Shown here: positions 11,210-20,796 of the stretch, piece by piece | How the letters are laid out: each line of letters begins with the position of its first letter | Numbering within the stretch: position 1 is the stretch's first letter | The notes under the pieces: model-generated | The model's database searches: none | The model's input: only the letters and a program-made list of their open reading frames with translations | What the model was told of the DNA's origin: nothing | From: Patescibacteria group bacterium | GTDB lineage: Bacteria > Patescibacteriota > Microgenomatia > Levybacterales > UBA12049 | DNA: 64,000 nucleotides | Reading direction: 5' to 3' | Assembly: GCA_023484045.1 (NCBI GenBank) | Contig: JAMDAA010000022.1 | Coordinates: forward strand, 4,201 to 68,200 | Made by a program: the position numbers and the translations under genes

Positions 11210-11842
11210 TTAAAATTTGTCAATTTCTGTCAACAACTGCTGATTTCTTATTGCCATTTGGGGATCGTCTAAAACATACCGCACAATTCCCCTTTTATCA
11301 AGAACTACATAAGTGTGTCCGGGAAGTTGTCCTTTATGCATTGAAGAAGGAAGAGAAAGCATGTTATAAGAAGCGGAAACTTTTTTATCAGTGTCAAAAA
11401 GAACAGCGGCGGAAGCGAGTTCCGGCATTTTTTCGATCGCCCCTTTCCAGTCATTTTTGGAGTCATTTACAATAGTTAATACTACTGTCTCTTTGCTTGG
11501 GAATTGGTTATCCTTTCCAAAAGCAGCGATCTGATCCCAACAAGCCGGATAACACATTAATCCTTCGCTAAAAAAGAGGATCACATTTTTACCTTTAAGA
11601 CTGCTTAAGGTAATCTTTTTCCCATCATAGCTTTCTAAAGTAAAATCAGGCGCAGGTTTACCAACTAAACTATTAAGAACCGCTGGAGCAGTAGACTGAT
11701 TGGCAGAGGAGCCTTGCCCGCCTAGCTGCGAGGCCGGTCCACTATTACCAGTTAGTAAAAAGGCTACGGCAACAACAATTACAGCTAAAACTACAAACCC
11801 TACTGTAATAATTAATCCTTCTTTATTTCTCATATAATTCAA
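11210..11842 (-). CDS. Membrane-anchored thioredoxin-fold protein, paralog of 9522-10205
   Basis: APDFTL, GLMCYPACW, GHTYVVLD. Confidence 0.75.
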   Translation of the reverse strand: MNYMRNKEGLIITVGFVVLAVIVVAVAFLLTGNSGPASQLGGQGSSANQSTAPAVLNSLVGKPAPDFTLESYDGKKITLSSLKGKNVILFFSEGLMCYPACWDQIAAFGKDNQFPSKETVVLTIVNDSKNDWKGAIEKMPELASAAVLFDTDKKVSASYNMLSLPSSMHKGQLPGHTYVVLDKRGIVRYVLDDPQMAIRNQQLLTEIDKF

Positions 11843-11860
11843 ACAATCCGTTCCTTTATA

Positions 11861-12082
11861 TTAATGACAAGATTTACCGTTTCCTTTGGTATTATCCTTT
11901 TTTTTATGATCACCGTGACCCTTCATCATGAATAGATGCATCAACGGACAGGCTAAAAGAACAGCAAAGAAGAAGAGATTCCCTATAGATACTTTAAAAA
12001 CTGTGATTGCAACGACTGTTATCGCAAAAACAGCAATACAAATCATTAGTAGCTTGCCTTTAATAAATTTTAAAGATTCCAT
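11861..12082 (-). CDS. DUF2933-like small membrane protein
   Basis: LACPLMHLFMM..H motif. Confidence 0.8.
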   Translation of the reverse strand: MESLKFIKGKLLMICIAVFAITVVAITVFKVSIGNLFFFAVLLACPLMHLFMMKGHGDHKKKDNTKGNGKSCH

Positions 12083-12516
12083 TTAAAACTCCTTTCGGAA
12101 ACCCCGCCGACATTTTTTATTTTTAGCTCTAAAGACTTAGGTCTTGGCGAAATAGGGTTAAATTTTAAAATTCCTTTGCGATGATGACCTCCTGAATTAT
12201 CGCCTTCCCAAGCCAACGGTTTGTATACATGATTTTGATTATCGATAAGTACAGATACGGTAACCAAATCTGCGGTCAGCTCTTCCGTGTGCGTATTTAA
12301 TACTACCTGAAAATCCCAACCGGACAATCCGTTATTTAAATCATTTGGAGTAACAATAACGGAGACCGGCCCTTCGTTGTTTTCCTTTGTTTCCAAATTG
12401 CTACTGCCAGGATTACTTGCACTCTTTGGATTTAAGTTTACAGAAAAACTGTTTTTGAGTGTAAAAGCTAAGATTATAAGCAATAAAACAATAAAAATAA
12501 TTACAATTTTTTTCAT
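12070..12516 (-). CDS. Exported hypothetical protein, probable metal binder
   Basis: N-terminal TM, NTH and GGHH motifs. Confidence 0.6.
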   Translation of the reverse strand: MKKIVIIFIVLLLIILAFTLKNSFSVNLNPKSASNPGSSNLETKENNEGPVSVIVTPNDLNNGLSGWDFQVVLNTHTEELTADLVTVSVLIDNQNHVYKPLAWEGDNSGGHHRKGILKFNPISPRPKSLELKIKNVGGVSERSFKWNL

Positions 12517-12983
12517 AATTGGCCGGAAAATTTTACTATTCGATTCCCGATATAGAGTATTCCTAAAAGATTGAAGAACAAGCCGATCCAGAAGAATTTA
12601 ACTTGGTATTGACCAATAAAAGTAATTATTCCTGTTACTCCAAGAATCGGTAAGATATTTGTTAGATAATGAGCACAGCAGGAAACCATCGCAGCAGTAG
12701 AAGTCGTCCCTGAAACGCCTAAAACCCGTCCGGTTGAAGCCCGTTGTTTAACAATCCCTTTAAGGTAGTTGTATAGACTAAATTGGATTCCGAATCCCAG
12801 AGCGAGTAGGAGAATATAGTACCAAAATTCTGTAAATTGTTCCCAAGTAAAGTTCCACCCGGAAACAAGAGTCAAGATCAAAAAATATACAGATAAAAGG
12901 GTGAGGAATGCTAAGATTCCCTTAAACACTGATTTTTTCAAAACTCCTAAATTTACGATTAAATTACTCATCTTAAGAACCAA
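12513..12983 (-). CDS. Membrane protein with SCCAH motif
   Basis: Four TM segments, MVSCCAHY. Confidence 0.6.
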   Translation of the reverse strand: MVLKMSNLIVNLGVLKKSVFKGILAFLTLLSVYFLILTLVSGWNFTWEQFTEFWYYILLLALGFGIQFSLYNYLKGIVKQRASTGRVLGVSGTTSTAAMVSCCAHYLTNILPILGVTGIITFIGQYQVKFFWIGLFFNLLGILYIGNRIVKFSGQL

Positions 12984-13005
12984 TAATTTAGTTTAGCATA
13001 AAAGA

Positions 13006-13022
13006 TACTACAATGTGTAGTA
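13006..13022. promoter_or_regulatory. BlaI/CopY-type operator TACTAC-N5-GTAGTA
   Basis: tactacaatgtgtagta upstream of the gene starting at 12983. Confidence 0.75.
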
Positions 13023-13027
13023 CTAAT

Positions 13028-13672
13028 TTAGAGATGCGTTAAAATTGATTTTAAAAATTTGATCGACGGTAAAAAGGCAGGGGTATTTTTAAGGTAATGC
13101 CGATATTGAGGATATTTTTGTAAGACATCTTTTTCTTCCTTTCGGGCAAGCCTTATATACATGAAAGTTAAGATTGGTGCCATGATTAAGGTCGGAAGAG
13201 TTGGCCATTGCATTAAAAATCCGAGAATAATAATTATAAAACCGACATATTGTGGATGCCTTATGTATTTATAGGGCCCAGTCCTGGCGATAGTTTGGTT
13301 TTTTGTAGCCTGATAAAGTATGTTCCAGGACGCGCTGATTAAAATTAGTCCTCCAATAATTAACGCATAGCTTAAAATATGTAGGATGCTAAAATGTGGA
13401 TCACCTGTATTACCTAATAGATCTTCCCACAAATGCCCGGAATTATGGGAAAAATTTATCTGCGGAAACCTGTTCCCTGACAACGAAGAAAGTAGGTAGA
13501 TAGTGAGCGGAAAACCATACATCTCAGTAAACAAAGCAATAATAAAAGCAGAGAAGGCTCCAAATGACCGCCAATCAACACCTGTTTTAGGTTTAAAAGC
13601 ACCATAAGCAAACCAGAGAAATAATCCACTTAGTGCTATTGCTATAAACCAATTTCCGTATGCATATTCCAT
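13028..13672 (-). CDS. Isoprenylcysteine carboxyl methyltransferase (ICMT/PEMT) family protein
   Basis: EMYGFPLTIY, GPYKYIRHPQY, RKEE motifs. Confidence 0.85.
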   Translation of the reverse strand: MEYAYGNWFIAIALSGLFLWFAYGAFKPKTGVDWRSFGAFSAFIIALFTEMYGFPLTIYLLSSLSGNRFPQINFSHNSGHLWEDLLGNTGDPHFSILHILSYALIIGGLILISASWNILYQATKNQTIARTGPYKYIRHPQYVGFIIIILGFLMQWPTLPTLIMAPILTFMYIRLARKEEKDVLQKYPQYRHYLKNTPAFLPSIKFLKSILTHL

Positions 13673-13718
13673 AAGTTGATTTTCATCCTAAAAGGACAGA
13701 TTTTATTATAACAAATAC

Positions 13719-13737
13719 TTACTACAATATGTAGTAA
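13719..13737. promoter_or_regulatory. BlaI/CopY-type operator
   Basis: ttactacaatatgtagtaa palindrome. Confidence 0.75.
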
Positions 13738-13752
13738 TCAAAGCCTTGTAAA

Positions 13753-15165
13753 TTATGCGGGATTCTTTAAAGTTGGTAGTGTTACAATAACCGTAGTTCC
13801 TTTACCCATCTTACTATTTACATTTACTATTCCATTATGAGCTTTTATGATTCCTTGAGTTATCGCTAATCCTAATCCTGACCCTTTATTTGTATATAAC
13901 GTTACTCCCCTATAAAATGGTTCAAAAATATACGGTAAATCTTCTCGAGTAATACCGATACCATTGTCTTGTACTTTTACAATAACATTATTTTTATTAT
14001 GTAGAGTTATACGTATATAACCATGTTTAGGCGTAAATTTAATAGCATTATCGATAATGTTCAAAATAGCCCTGGCGAGCTTGTCTTTTTCTCCAAAAAG
14101 TTTAACTCCGCCGGTTATATCTCCGCTGATTGTAATATCCTTTGAAAGGGACATTTTTTTCGCTACATCCTGCAACTCCGCAATAAACTCGGAAAAGTCA
14201 AAGACCCTGCCTTGGACTTTAACATTTTCTGCTTTTGACCATGCCAGTTCGAGTATTTTATTGAACATTATTGAAGCTTTTTTTATGTCAATGAGCATTT
14301 CAGAAAATACTTTTTTATATTCTTTGGCCGATCTCTTCTTAGATAAAATTAGTTCGACACTACTTTGAAGAATTGCCAAAGGTGTTTTTAATTCATGAGT
14401 CACGTTAACAATAAATTGGTGTTCTCTTTTAAGCGCTTCTCTTAAGCGGTCGAGAAGTTCATTAAAAGTCTTTGTCAACTCTTCGATTTCATCTCCAGTG
14501 TGGGAATTTATAATTTGTTCTTCCAAATTCTCCATCTCAATTTTTTTCAATTTATTGGATAAAGCAGCCACTGGTTGCATACCAATATTGGCGAGGAAAT
14601 ATCCACCTAAAATAGTTAAAATGGACAAACCAAGGAATACGGCTCCCATAATAGTTAACAACCTATTTAAAGACATTTGAATAATATCTATCGGATGTGC
14701 GATGAGCACTACTCCATTAAATTTGTCATTTTTCTCGATGGGAGAAACTAAGAAGCGCATAGTCGAGCCATTTATATCCTGATCATTGAAAAATGGCTTT
14801 TTTGTATCCAAAGCAAGATTGAAAAGCTTTTTGAATAATTTGTTTTTAGGGTCGATCCCCACTGTGCCACTAATCGTTTGTCCCGAACTATCCATAATTA
14901 CTACAAGCATACCGGGGATCGCGCTAAATTCTTGCAAAAATCCCTGATCGGCAAGATATTGATGCATGCCAATATTTTGCTTTTTTACAATCTCGACGAC
15001 TTTACTTGCGTGAGAAGAAAGAATATTATCAGTGTAATTAAAAAGTGTCTGCTTTGTAATAATATAAAAACTACTAAAAATTATCGCCATGGATAAGTAA
15101 AGGGCGGATGTATACCAGAGGGTCATGCGGAATCTTAAACTTTTCCTATTCATGTGCTTTTGCAA
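13753..15165 (-). CDS. HAMP sensor histidine kinase (likely start ATG 15153)
   Basis: HELKTPL H-box, NAIKFT, DNGIG, GSGLGL. Confidence 0.92.
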   Translation of the reverse strand: MQKHMNRKSLRFRMTLWYTSALYLSMAIIFSSFYIITKQTLFNYTDNILSSHASKVVEIVKKQNIGMHQYLADQGFLQEFSAIPGMLVVIMDSSGQTISGTVGIDPKNKLFKKLFNLALDTKKPFFNDQDINGSTMRFLVSPIEKNDKFNGVVLIAHPIDIIQMSLNRLLTIMGAVFLGLSILTILGGYFLANIGMQPVAALSNKLKKIEMENLEEQIINSHTGDEIEELTKTFNELLDRLREALKREHQFIVNVTHELKTPLAILQSSVELILSKKRSAKEYKKVFSEMLIDIKKASIMFNKILELAWSKAENVKVQGRVFDFSEFIAELQDVAKKMSLSKDITISGDITGGVKLFGEKDKLARAILNIIDNAIKFTPKHGYIRITLHNKNNVIVKVQDNGIGITREDLPYIFEPFYRGVTLYTNKGSGLGLAITQGIIKAHNGIVNVNSKMGKGTTVIVTLPTLKNPA

Positions 15166-15217
15166 GTATATATAACAAAGATTAAAATGTTATTAAGATT
15201 TTTATTGCATATTTTTA

Positions 15218-15745
15218 TTAGCATTGTTCGCTGACCTTACAAATATAATCTGTCAATTGCTGCTTATCTAAGAAGCCGTAAGCCGGAGGTTTTTCTACCC
15301 CTTTTGCGGTAAAAATAAATGTAGGGACACCGGAGATCTGATACTTCTTTGCGTCTTCAACGCAAGATTCCAACTCATACCACTCTCCATAAAAAAGATC
15401 CCCGTACTCCGGTAAAATCTGATCCAAAACTTTATTTTGGGTAACACAGTAGGGACACGTTTCGGATTCAAACAACTTAAACTTTAAGGAGGCGTCAGGG
15501 TTGCCGGCCTTTATATTAGGGCAGCTTTTTTCTCCGAGCACAATTTTCTTACTAAATTGCGCATTAACTACTCGGAGAGGCTTATCTGCCGCTTTCTCGA
15601 TTTGAGTAATATCTTGATTAGCCTTTTTAATGCCTAGATTAACAAAAACATTGAAACCAATAAATAATGTTACTAACACCACTAAAAATAACGGGGTCCT
15701 TTTAAAAATTTGTTGGTCAGTCCAAATAATTTTTGGTAAGCTCAT
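15218..15745 (-). CDS. Membrane-anchored thioredoxin-family protein
   Basis: CPYC and GVPT motifs; start at ATG 15745 couples to the upstream ccdA stop. Confidence 0.75.
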   Translation of the reverse strand: MSLPKIIWTDQQIFKRTPLFLVVLVTLFIGFNVFVNLGIKKANQDITQIEKAADKPLRVVNAQFSKKIVLGEKSCPNIKAGNPDASLKFKLFESETCPYCVTQNKVLDQILPEYGDLFYGEWYELESCVEDAKKYQISGVPTFIFTAKGVEKPPAYGFLDKQQLTDYICKVSEQC

Positions 15746-16419
15746 ATCGAAATTACCTGTAGCGCTAAATAGATTAAATAAATGCCAGCCAAAAGAATTA
15801 ACACTCCAGCGCTTTTTTGAATTTTCACCATATACTTTGCTAAAAAGTTGCGCATTGCGCTCTTCGATAAAGAAGATATAAGAGAAAATACGATCATAAG
15901 GCTCGACATCGCCAAAGCATAAACGGCAAAATTGATTATTCCTCCAAATATTCCTTCTTGAGCAAACGACTGGAAAATTACAAGCAGAAAAATTGGTAAA
16001 GTACATCCTAATGCCCCAAAGGCATAGGCTACACCGAAGAGGTAAAATCGTTTTCCTCCATTTGATTTGGTTTGGATACAAAGCGGTGGTTTGATGGCAA
16101 ATTCATAACCGAGCAATGTTGACGACCCCATAAATACAAGTAATCCACCAGTAAAAAGTTCGATCCAGGGAAATACTGGAGTAATAAGACGGCCGAAAAT
16201 GGTAACAATGATTCCGAAGGCAATATAAGCAGTTATTAGTCCCAGACTTGCCAGGCTGCCTGCTTTAAGCCCAAAAAGAAGTTGCTGTATCCGATTGCTA
16301 CCTCCTGTTTCGTGTTTAACACAGTAACCGACATACGCCGGGATTAAGGCAACACTGCACGGTGCAAAGAAAGCTTGCAGGCCCGCCAGAAATGAGAAGG
16401 AAACTAAAATTGGATTCAT
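15742..16419 (-). CDS. ccdA: CcdA-family protein
   Basis: FAPC and GCTLP motifs, six TM segments. Confidence 0.8.
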   Translation of the reverse strand: MNPILVSFSFLAGLQAFFAPCSVALIPAYVGYCVKHETGGSNRIQQLLFGLKAGSLASLGLITAYIAFGIIVTIFGRLITPVFPWIELFTGGLLVFMGSSTLLGYEFAIKPPLCIQTKSNGGKRFYLFGVAYAFGALGCTLPIFLLVIFQSFAQEGIFGGIINFAVYALAMSSLMIVFSLISSLSKSAMRNFLAKYMVKIQKSAGVLILLAGIYLIYLALQVISI

Positions 16420-16424
16420 CTTCT

Positions 16425-16742
16425 TTATTTGCCATTCTTTTTTGTAATATTTATACTTATGGAAAAAGGTTTATTCAAAGTGCCAGACGAGCTCATTTTC
16501 CACATCAGGAATTGATTGAATAAAAACCCTCCGATGATTATTGCTAGAAGGATCGCAGAAATGGATATTTTGGGATAGGAAATTTTAGCAGTTGGAACTT
16601 GCTTTGAAACCTTAAGTTTAGATATCTCCTCGTCTGAGATAAAAATTTTCTTAAAATTTCGAAAGAAAAAGAGGTAAATTATTCCTCCGAGTATTAAGGT
16701 CACACCTAAAAATAGGAAGAAATCGCTGTAATCGCTAATCAT
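16425..16742 (-). CDS. Small two-TM hypothetical protein
   Basis: ORF within the operon; FLFNQ segment resembles the neighbouring gene. Confidence 0.55.
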   Translation of the reverse strand: MISDYSDFFLFLGVTLILGGIIYLFFFRNFKKIFISDEEISKLKVSKQVPTAKISYPKISISAILLAIIIGGFLFNQFLMWKMSSSGTLNKPFSISINITKKNGK

Positions 16743-17536
16743 TTTTTTAATCCGTGCATGCCATCTGAACCCGCCCCGCCGTGTGACTCGTGAGGTAATG
16801 CGCTTCCATTTCCGGTGGCTAACAGATAATCTTCAAGCATTCCTTTTGGATACCAAAGAGCATACCAGCGATGAGATTCACCAACAAGTTGCTCATCTGA
16901 ATATTTGTCACCATAATTTAAAATCATATAGCGGTAAAAGCCACGGACTGCCTTTGCGTGGGCGCAACCACAATTTTTATTCATTGTTACGTTGTTAGGT
17001 CCACCGCAGCAGTAGCTACAAGTCATCAGAAAAGTAATAAGTTTTTGGAACCTCGTCTCTTGTTCAGTTGGGAGCCTTATTGACGCTTCAAATGCTCCCC
17101 ATTTTTTTTGGGCGTTTACCGGATCGTCGAAAGAAATATCCTCGGGGGCATAGAACGGTTTACCCGTTGCCATCATCACTACCTTGGCATCAGAAAGCGC
17201 ATTTCCGCTATGGGGGTTAGCCATAACATCGGTAATTGTTGGCCATTCAACAAGTGAAGTAGTTTTTCCATCAGGGTTTACTTTTGGGGCAATAATTGTC
17301 TTAAAAGTATCGGTTTTCATACCTAAAAACGAAGCAATAAATCCTCCCGACGAAACCATCCCCATTGCCATTGCTACTCGAGTAATCATTAACTGATTAA
17401 ATAGAAAAAGAATTATTAAAAGCGGGATCAAAATTTCTTGAAGAGGTAAAATAATAACTGTTCTTGGCGTTTTAGTCACGGCCGTACGGCGGTTGATCGC
17501 TGGAATCATTTTTAACCTGTTTAATATATTTTTCAT
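16739..17536 (-). CDS. Membrane-anchored Cys/His-rich protein (CSYCCG..CGCAH)
   Basis: Metal-binding-like motifs similar to PCYCGC-type proteins. Confidence 0.65.
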   Translation of the reverse strand: MKNILNRLKMIPAINRRTAVTKTPRTVIILPLQEILIPLLIILFLFNQLMITRVAMAMGMVSSGGFIASFLGMKTDTFKTIIAPKVNPDGKTTSLVEWPTITDVMANPHSGNALSDAKVVMMATGKPFYAPEDISFDDPVNAQKKWGAFEASIRLPTEQETRFQKLITFLMTCSYCCGGPNNVTMNKNCGCAHAKAVRGFYRYMILNYGDKYSDEQLVGESHRWYALWYPKGMLEDYLLATGNGSALPHESHGGAGSDGMHGLKK

Positions 17537-17548
17537 ATTTTTATATCT

Positions 17549-18751
17549 TCACTTTGTTGGATTAGGACTCGGCTTTGCAGGCCGAATTATTTGGTTATTA
17601 GTTAAATCTTTGTAAGTAATGTTTCCGAGCTGATTAAACCCTGTAAAAATATACCAACCGTCTGATCCAACTGTTCCTACACTTTTCCAGACATTTTTGA
17701 GATTTGTATACTGATCGGCTTCAGGAGATATTAAAATAGTCGGAACTTTGGTAATGCCATATTGCGCCAGCAAACTTTTTCCCTCCGTAGACGATATGTC
17801 TACCAAACGCTCTGAACGTAAAGCAACTCCGTACCCCTGGGTCAGAATTGGTTTTTGAATATCTTGTACCTTATAACAATCAGTACAACTTGAATCGGTA
17901 AGATAGATTAGATCAACAAGACCTACGATTTGTCCTTTTATTAAGTCTCGATACGGCAACGGAAGATTTCTAGCAATATAAGTCTTATCCTTTTCAACTG
18001 TACCAAAGTTTGGCCAATTACTTTTTAGGCTATCGTATAGATCAAATTCGGGTGAAAAGATAAAGGTCGGGATTTTAGTTATTTTATATTGGTTAATTGC
18101 ACTTTGACCATCTAAAGAGTTCCAGGCAAGCTCCTTTGTTTCCTTTACTTTAACACCCGCCTTTTTGAAATTTTCGATTATTGTTTTTAGGTCTACGCAT
18201 TGGGAACAAAATGAATCCGTGATCAGAGTAACTGTAACCTTTCCCATTTCTTGTCCGGTCCCCGTGTCGATAAATATAGGCGCTAATTTTGTAAATATAA
18301 AAGTATTGTTTTTAACCTCCCCGTTACTTTTAACAAAACCTTCTAAATTATTTTTAGTTACTTCACCCGTAATAAGATATGTCGGAACCTTTTTAATAGC
18401 AAACTGTTTAATAAAAGCTCTGGCTTCGGGTGAATCAAATACCTGGGTTTTCTCCCCTTCTACTTTAACGTTTAACTTCTTAAAACCGAAAACAGCATCG
18501 TCGACATTAAAACAATTCTTACAGTTAGGAGTGGTAATTTTAATAATTTTAATATTAGCAGGCCTTGCGGCTTCCTTTGCAGCAGCAATATTTTTATTAA
18601 TGACAGCGAGTGTCTTTGTAGAAACAAGCGCGCCGGCAATAGTTACTAAAAGAGTTATATATAAAATTATCTTCGGCCATGAAATATTAAGCCTCTTCCT
18701 ATTAGGAACAACATCCGACCTTATACTAGACACAACATCTTTTTTGTTCAT
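17549..18751 (-). CDS. Membrane-anchored protein with three CxxC thioredoxin-like repeats
   Basis: CKNC, CSQC, CTDC, each followed by I-x-K-(V/I)-P-T; ATG 18751 preferred. Confidence 0.7.
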   Translation of the reverse strand: MNKKDVVSSIRSDVVPNRKRLNISWPKIILYITLLVTIAGALVSTKTLAVINKNIAAAKEAARPANIKIIKITTPNCKNCFNVDDAVFGFKKLNVKVEGEKTQVFDSPEARAFIKQFAIKKVPTYLITGEVTKNNLEGFVKSNGEVKNNTFIFTKLAPIFIDTGTGQEMGKVTVTLITDSFCSQCVDLKTIIENFKKAGVKVKETKELAWNSLDGQSAINQYKITKIPTFIFSPEFDLYDSLKSNWPNFGTVEKDKTYIARNLPLPYRDLIKGQIVGLVDLIYLTDSSCTDCYKVQDIQKPILTQGYGVALRSERLVDISSTEGKSLLAQYGITKVPTILISPEADQYTNLKNVWKSVGTVGSDGWYIFTGFNQLGNITYKDLTNNQIIRPAKPSPNPTK

Positions 18752-18776
18752 AACATATAGACAGTCCGCTTTAACT

Positions 18777-19052
18777 TTAACAACCTCCAACCATTGATTG
18801 CGGTACATTGGCATTGCTTCCCGTACCAGTTCCACTATTTGTGGTTGTAGCAGCTGGAACAGTATTTACCGAAGCCGAGCTGGCTTTGGAACTTATACGC
18901 ACCAATTGGACGGTTTGAAAAATAGTAATTACGGCTATAAGTCCCAATACTACAATTTGTAGGTTAGGTTTTGGGACGCGCAATACTACATTATTTTCTT
19001 GACTTGGGTTTTGATGTACTGCGTTTGTTTTTAATCGTTGATTTTCTGTCAT
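18777..19052 (-). CDS. Small membrane protein ending in MVGGC
   Basis: One TM segment, Ser/Thr linker, C-terminal GGC; SD-like AAAGGGGG upstream. Confidence 0.65.
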   Translation of the reverse strand: MTENQRLKTNAVHQNPSQENNVVLRVPKPNLQIVVLGLIAVITIFQTVQLVRISSKASSASVNTVPAATTTNSGTGTGSNANVPQSMVGGC

Positions 19053-19197
19053 AAGCACCCCCTTTCATTAGAAATAGTTTACGATTCGGCTTTGCCGGAG
19101 AGTAATTACTATTTCTTATGCCCTCCGAATAAACGCTCCTTGAGCCGCAGTAGAAATCTACTAAGGCAAAAGGTAAGTTATGGAGGGCTTTCTCATC

Positions 19198-19218
19198 TCT
19201 ACTACTTAGTGTAGTAGA
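19198..19218. promoter_or_regulatory. BlaI/CopY-type operator
   Basis: tctactacttagtgtagtaga palindrome. Confidence 0.75.
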
Positions 19219-19284
19219 CTGCTTGTAATTTTGTCAATACCTTTAGTAAACTCAGTATTGTTTTTGACGTGAGGAATTGACCGG

Positions 19285-20367
19285 TTAGCGGTTAAGAAGT
19301 GGTGTTTGATATTTAAAAGCTTGTGTAGTAAGTAAGGGGCGGCTTACATTTTTGGGATCGTCGTCACACTTCTTTTCCGGTAAAAACAAATGGGCTGGGA
19401 TGTAATTTGTTGACTGCTCAAAATAAGGATGACATTGTTTGGAACAAGATTGATTATCTGAACACAGAAAATAAGTAGAGTCTGACTTTGAATCCATATG
19501 AAAGGCACTAACTGGTGTTTGTAACAAAAACCAACTAAAAAAAATGAATAAAAAAGTCGTTATAAAGCTTACTGATGAGAGTCTTAATCTATGTTTTGTT
19601 CCCGGATTTACTAAACGATTGATTCTGATTTCAAAATAATCAGGACCGGAAGCGTTAGAAACGGTAGAGAAATTGAGCTGGGGCGAGGCTAAGATCTTTT
19701 TAAGCGCACCGCGCAGGAAGGTAGAGTTTTGCTGGCGACTTATCGTCCATTGATCTGCTAATAATTCATTGACGGCCTCTATATTTTTATGGAGGTCGGC
19801 AAAGATCGGTAAAAAGAAAAACATCGAAGAAAACGTTTTTCCGATAAGTACCTTAACAGGATCTCGACTTAGCAGATGAGATTGTTCGTGAAGTAAAACT
19901 GCTTCTAATTCTTTATCCGTTAAGGATTGAACTAGACCTGTGGTAACCACAATATGTGGTGAAAAAATACCGCAACAAAAAGAAAATAAATTATTATCGT
20001 TAACCAAAATCACTTTATTTGTAAGACCTAATTTGTCTAAAACTTTTGCTAAGTATAAAGTTGTATTAACCCTATTCATAAGTAATTTTCTTATGAAGAT
20101 TTTCGTTTTAATAAGTTGCAATATGAAAGACAAAAGGCCTGTTCCCAAAACAACTCCGATTGCTAAAATAAACACATTAGGGAGCGAACGGGGAACTTCA
20201 AGCATAACATTAGAAATAAATTTCTGGCAGAGAAAGAGATTTTTTGAGGTAAATAAAGGAGACGCCTTATTTAAAAGAGCGATTGCAACCGAGCTGACGG
20301 TTAGCGCAGAGAAGATTAAAATATAAAAGCTATAGTTAATTCTTTTCATATTCAAGCAAAACGGCAA
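19285..20367 (-). CDS. M56 (BlaR1-like) membrane metallopeptidase
   Basis: LLHEQSH, ELLAD; adjacent to blaI; Cys-containing C-terminus. Confidence 0.85.
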   Translation of the reverse strand: MPFCLNMKRINYSFYILIFSALTVSSVAIALLNKASPLFTSKNLFLCQKFISNVMLEVPRSLPNVFILAIGVVLGTGLLSFILQLIKTKIFIRKLLMNRVNTTLYLAKVLDKLGLTNKVILVNDNNLFSFCCGIFSPHIVVTTGLVQSLTDKELEAVLLHEQSHLLSRDPVKVLIGKTFSSMFFFLPIFADLHKNIEAVNELLADQWTISRQQNSTFLRGALKKILASPQLNFSTVSNASGPDYFEIRINRLVNPGTKHRLRLSSVSFITTFLFIFFSWFLLQTPVSAFHMDSKSDSTYFLCSDNQSCSKQCHPYFEQSTNYIPAHLFLPEKKCDDDPKNVSRPLLTTQAFKYQTPLLNR

Positions 20368-20375
20368 ATTTTGGT

Positions 20376-20765
20376 TTAATCCTCATCTAATATCTTTAAC
20401 AACTGCTGCCGTTTCTTCGGACTAATTTTTTGAATTTCTTTTACGAAATGAGTTAATACCTCTTCGCCCAGAGTAGAAACGGCGGACGAGAAAATACCAT
20501 GAACAGCTTTGGCCATAAATTGGTCTTTAGTTCCTTTGGGTTTATATAAATAGCTTTGTCCACTAAGATACCTAACTAAAATACCTTTATTTGCAAGTCT
20601 TACCATTATAGTCATTACAGTTGTGTAAGCAATTCGTCGCCTTTTCTCTAAAATTTCAGTCACATCTTTAACAGAAACTGCTTTTTTTTGACTCCAGATA
20701 ATTTCCATTATCTTAGATTCTAGCTCTCCCAGGACTTTACCAGTAACCCCAGTTTTTTTGTTCAT
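20376..20765 (-). CDS. BlaI/MecI/CopY-family transcriptional repressor
   Basis: LGELESKIMEIIW..AYTTVMTIMVRLANKG; operator-like tactaactattgtagta at 20768-20784. Confidence 0.92.
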   Translation of the reverse strand: MNKKTGVTGKVLGELESKIMEIIWSQKKAVSVKDVTEILEKRRRIAYTTVMTIMVRLANKGILVRYLSGQSYLYKPKGTKDQFMAKAVHGIFSSAVSTLGEEVLTHFVKEIQKISPKKRQQLLKILDED

Positions 20766-20796
20766 ATTACTAACTATTGTAGTACTCGATTCCTAG

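Noticed and set aside
15746-16081. N-terminal extension of the thioredoxin ORF in the track
   Set aside because: Overlaps ccdA out of frame; ATG 15745 gives a coupled start
18165-18797. 210-aa plus-strand ORF and many similar short antisense ORFs
   Set aside because: Antisense shadows of well-supported genes, with no motifs
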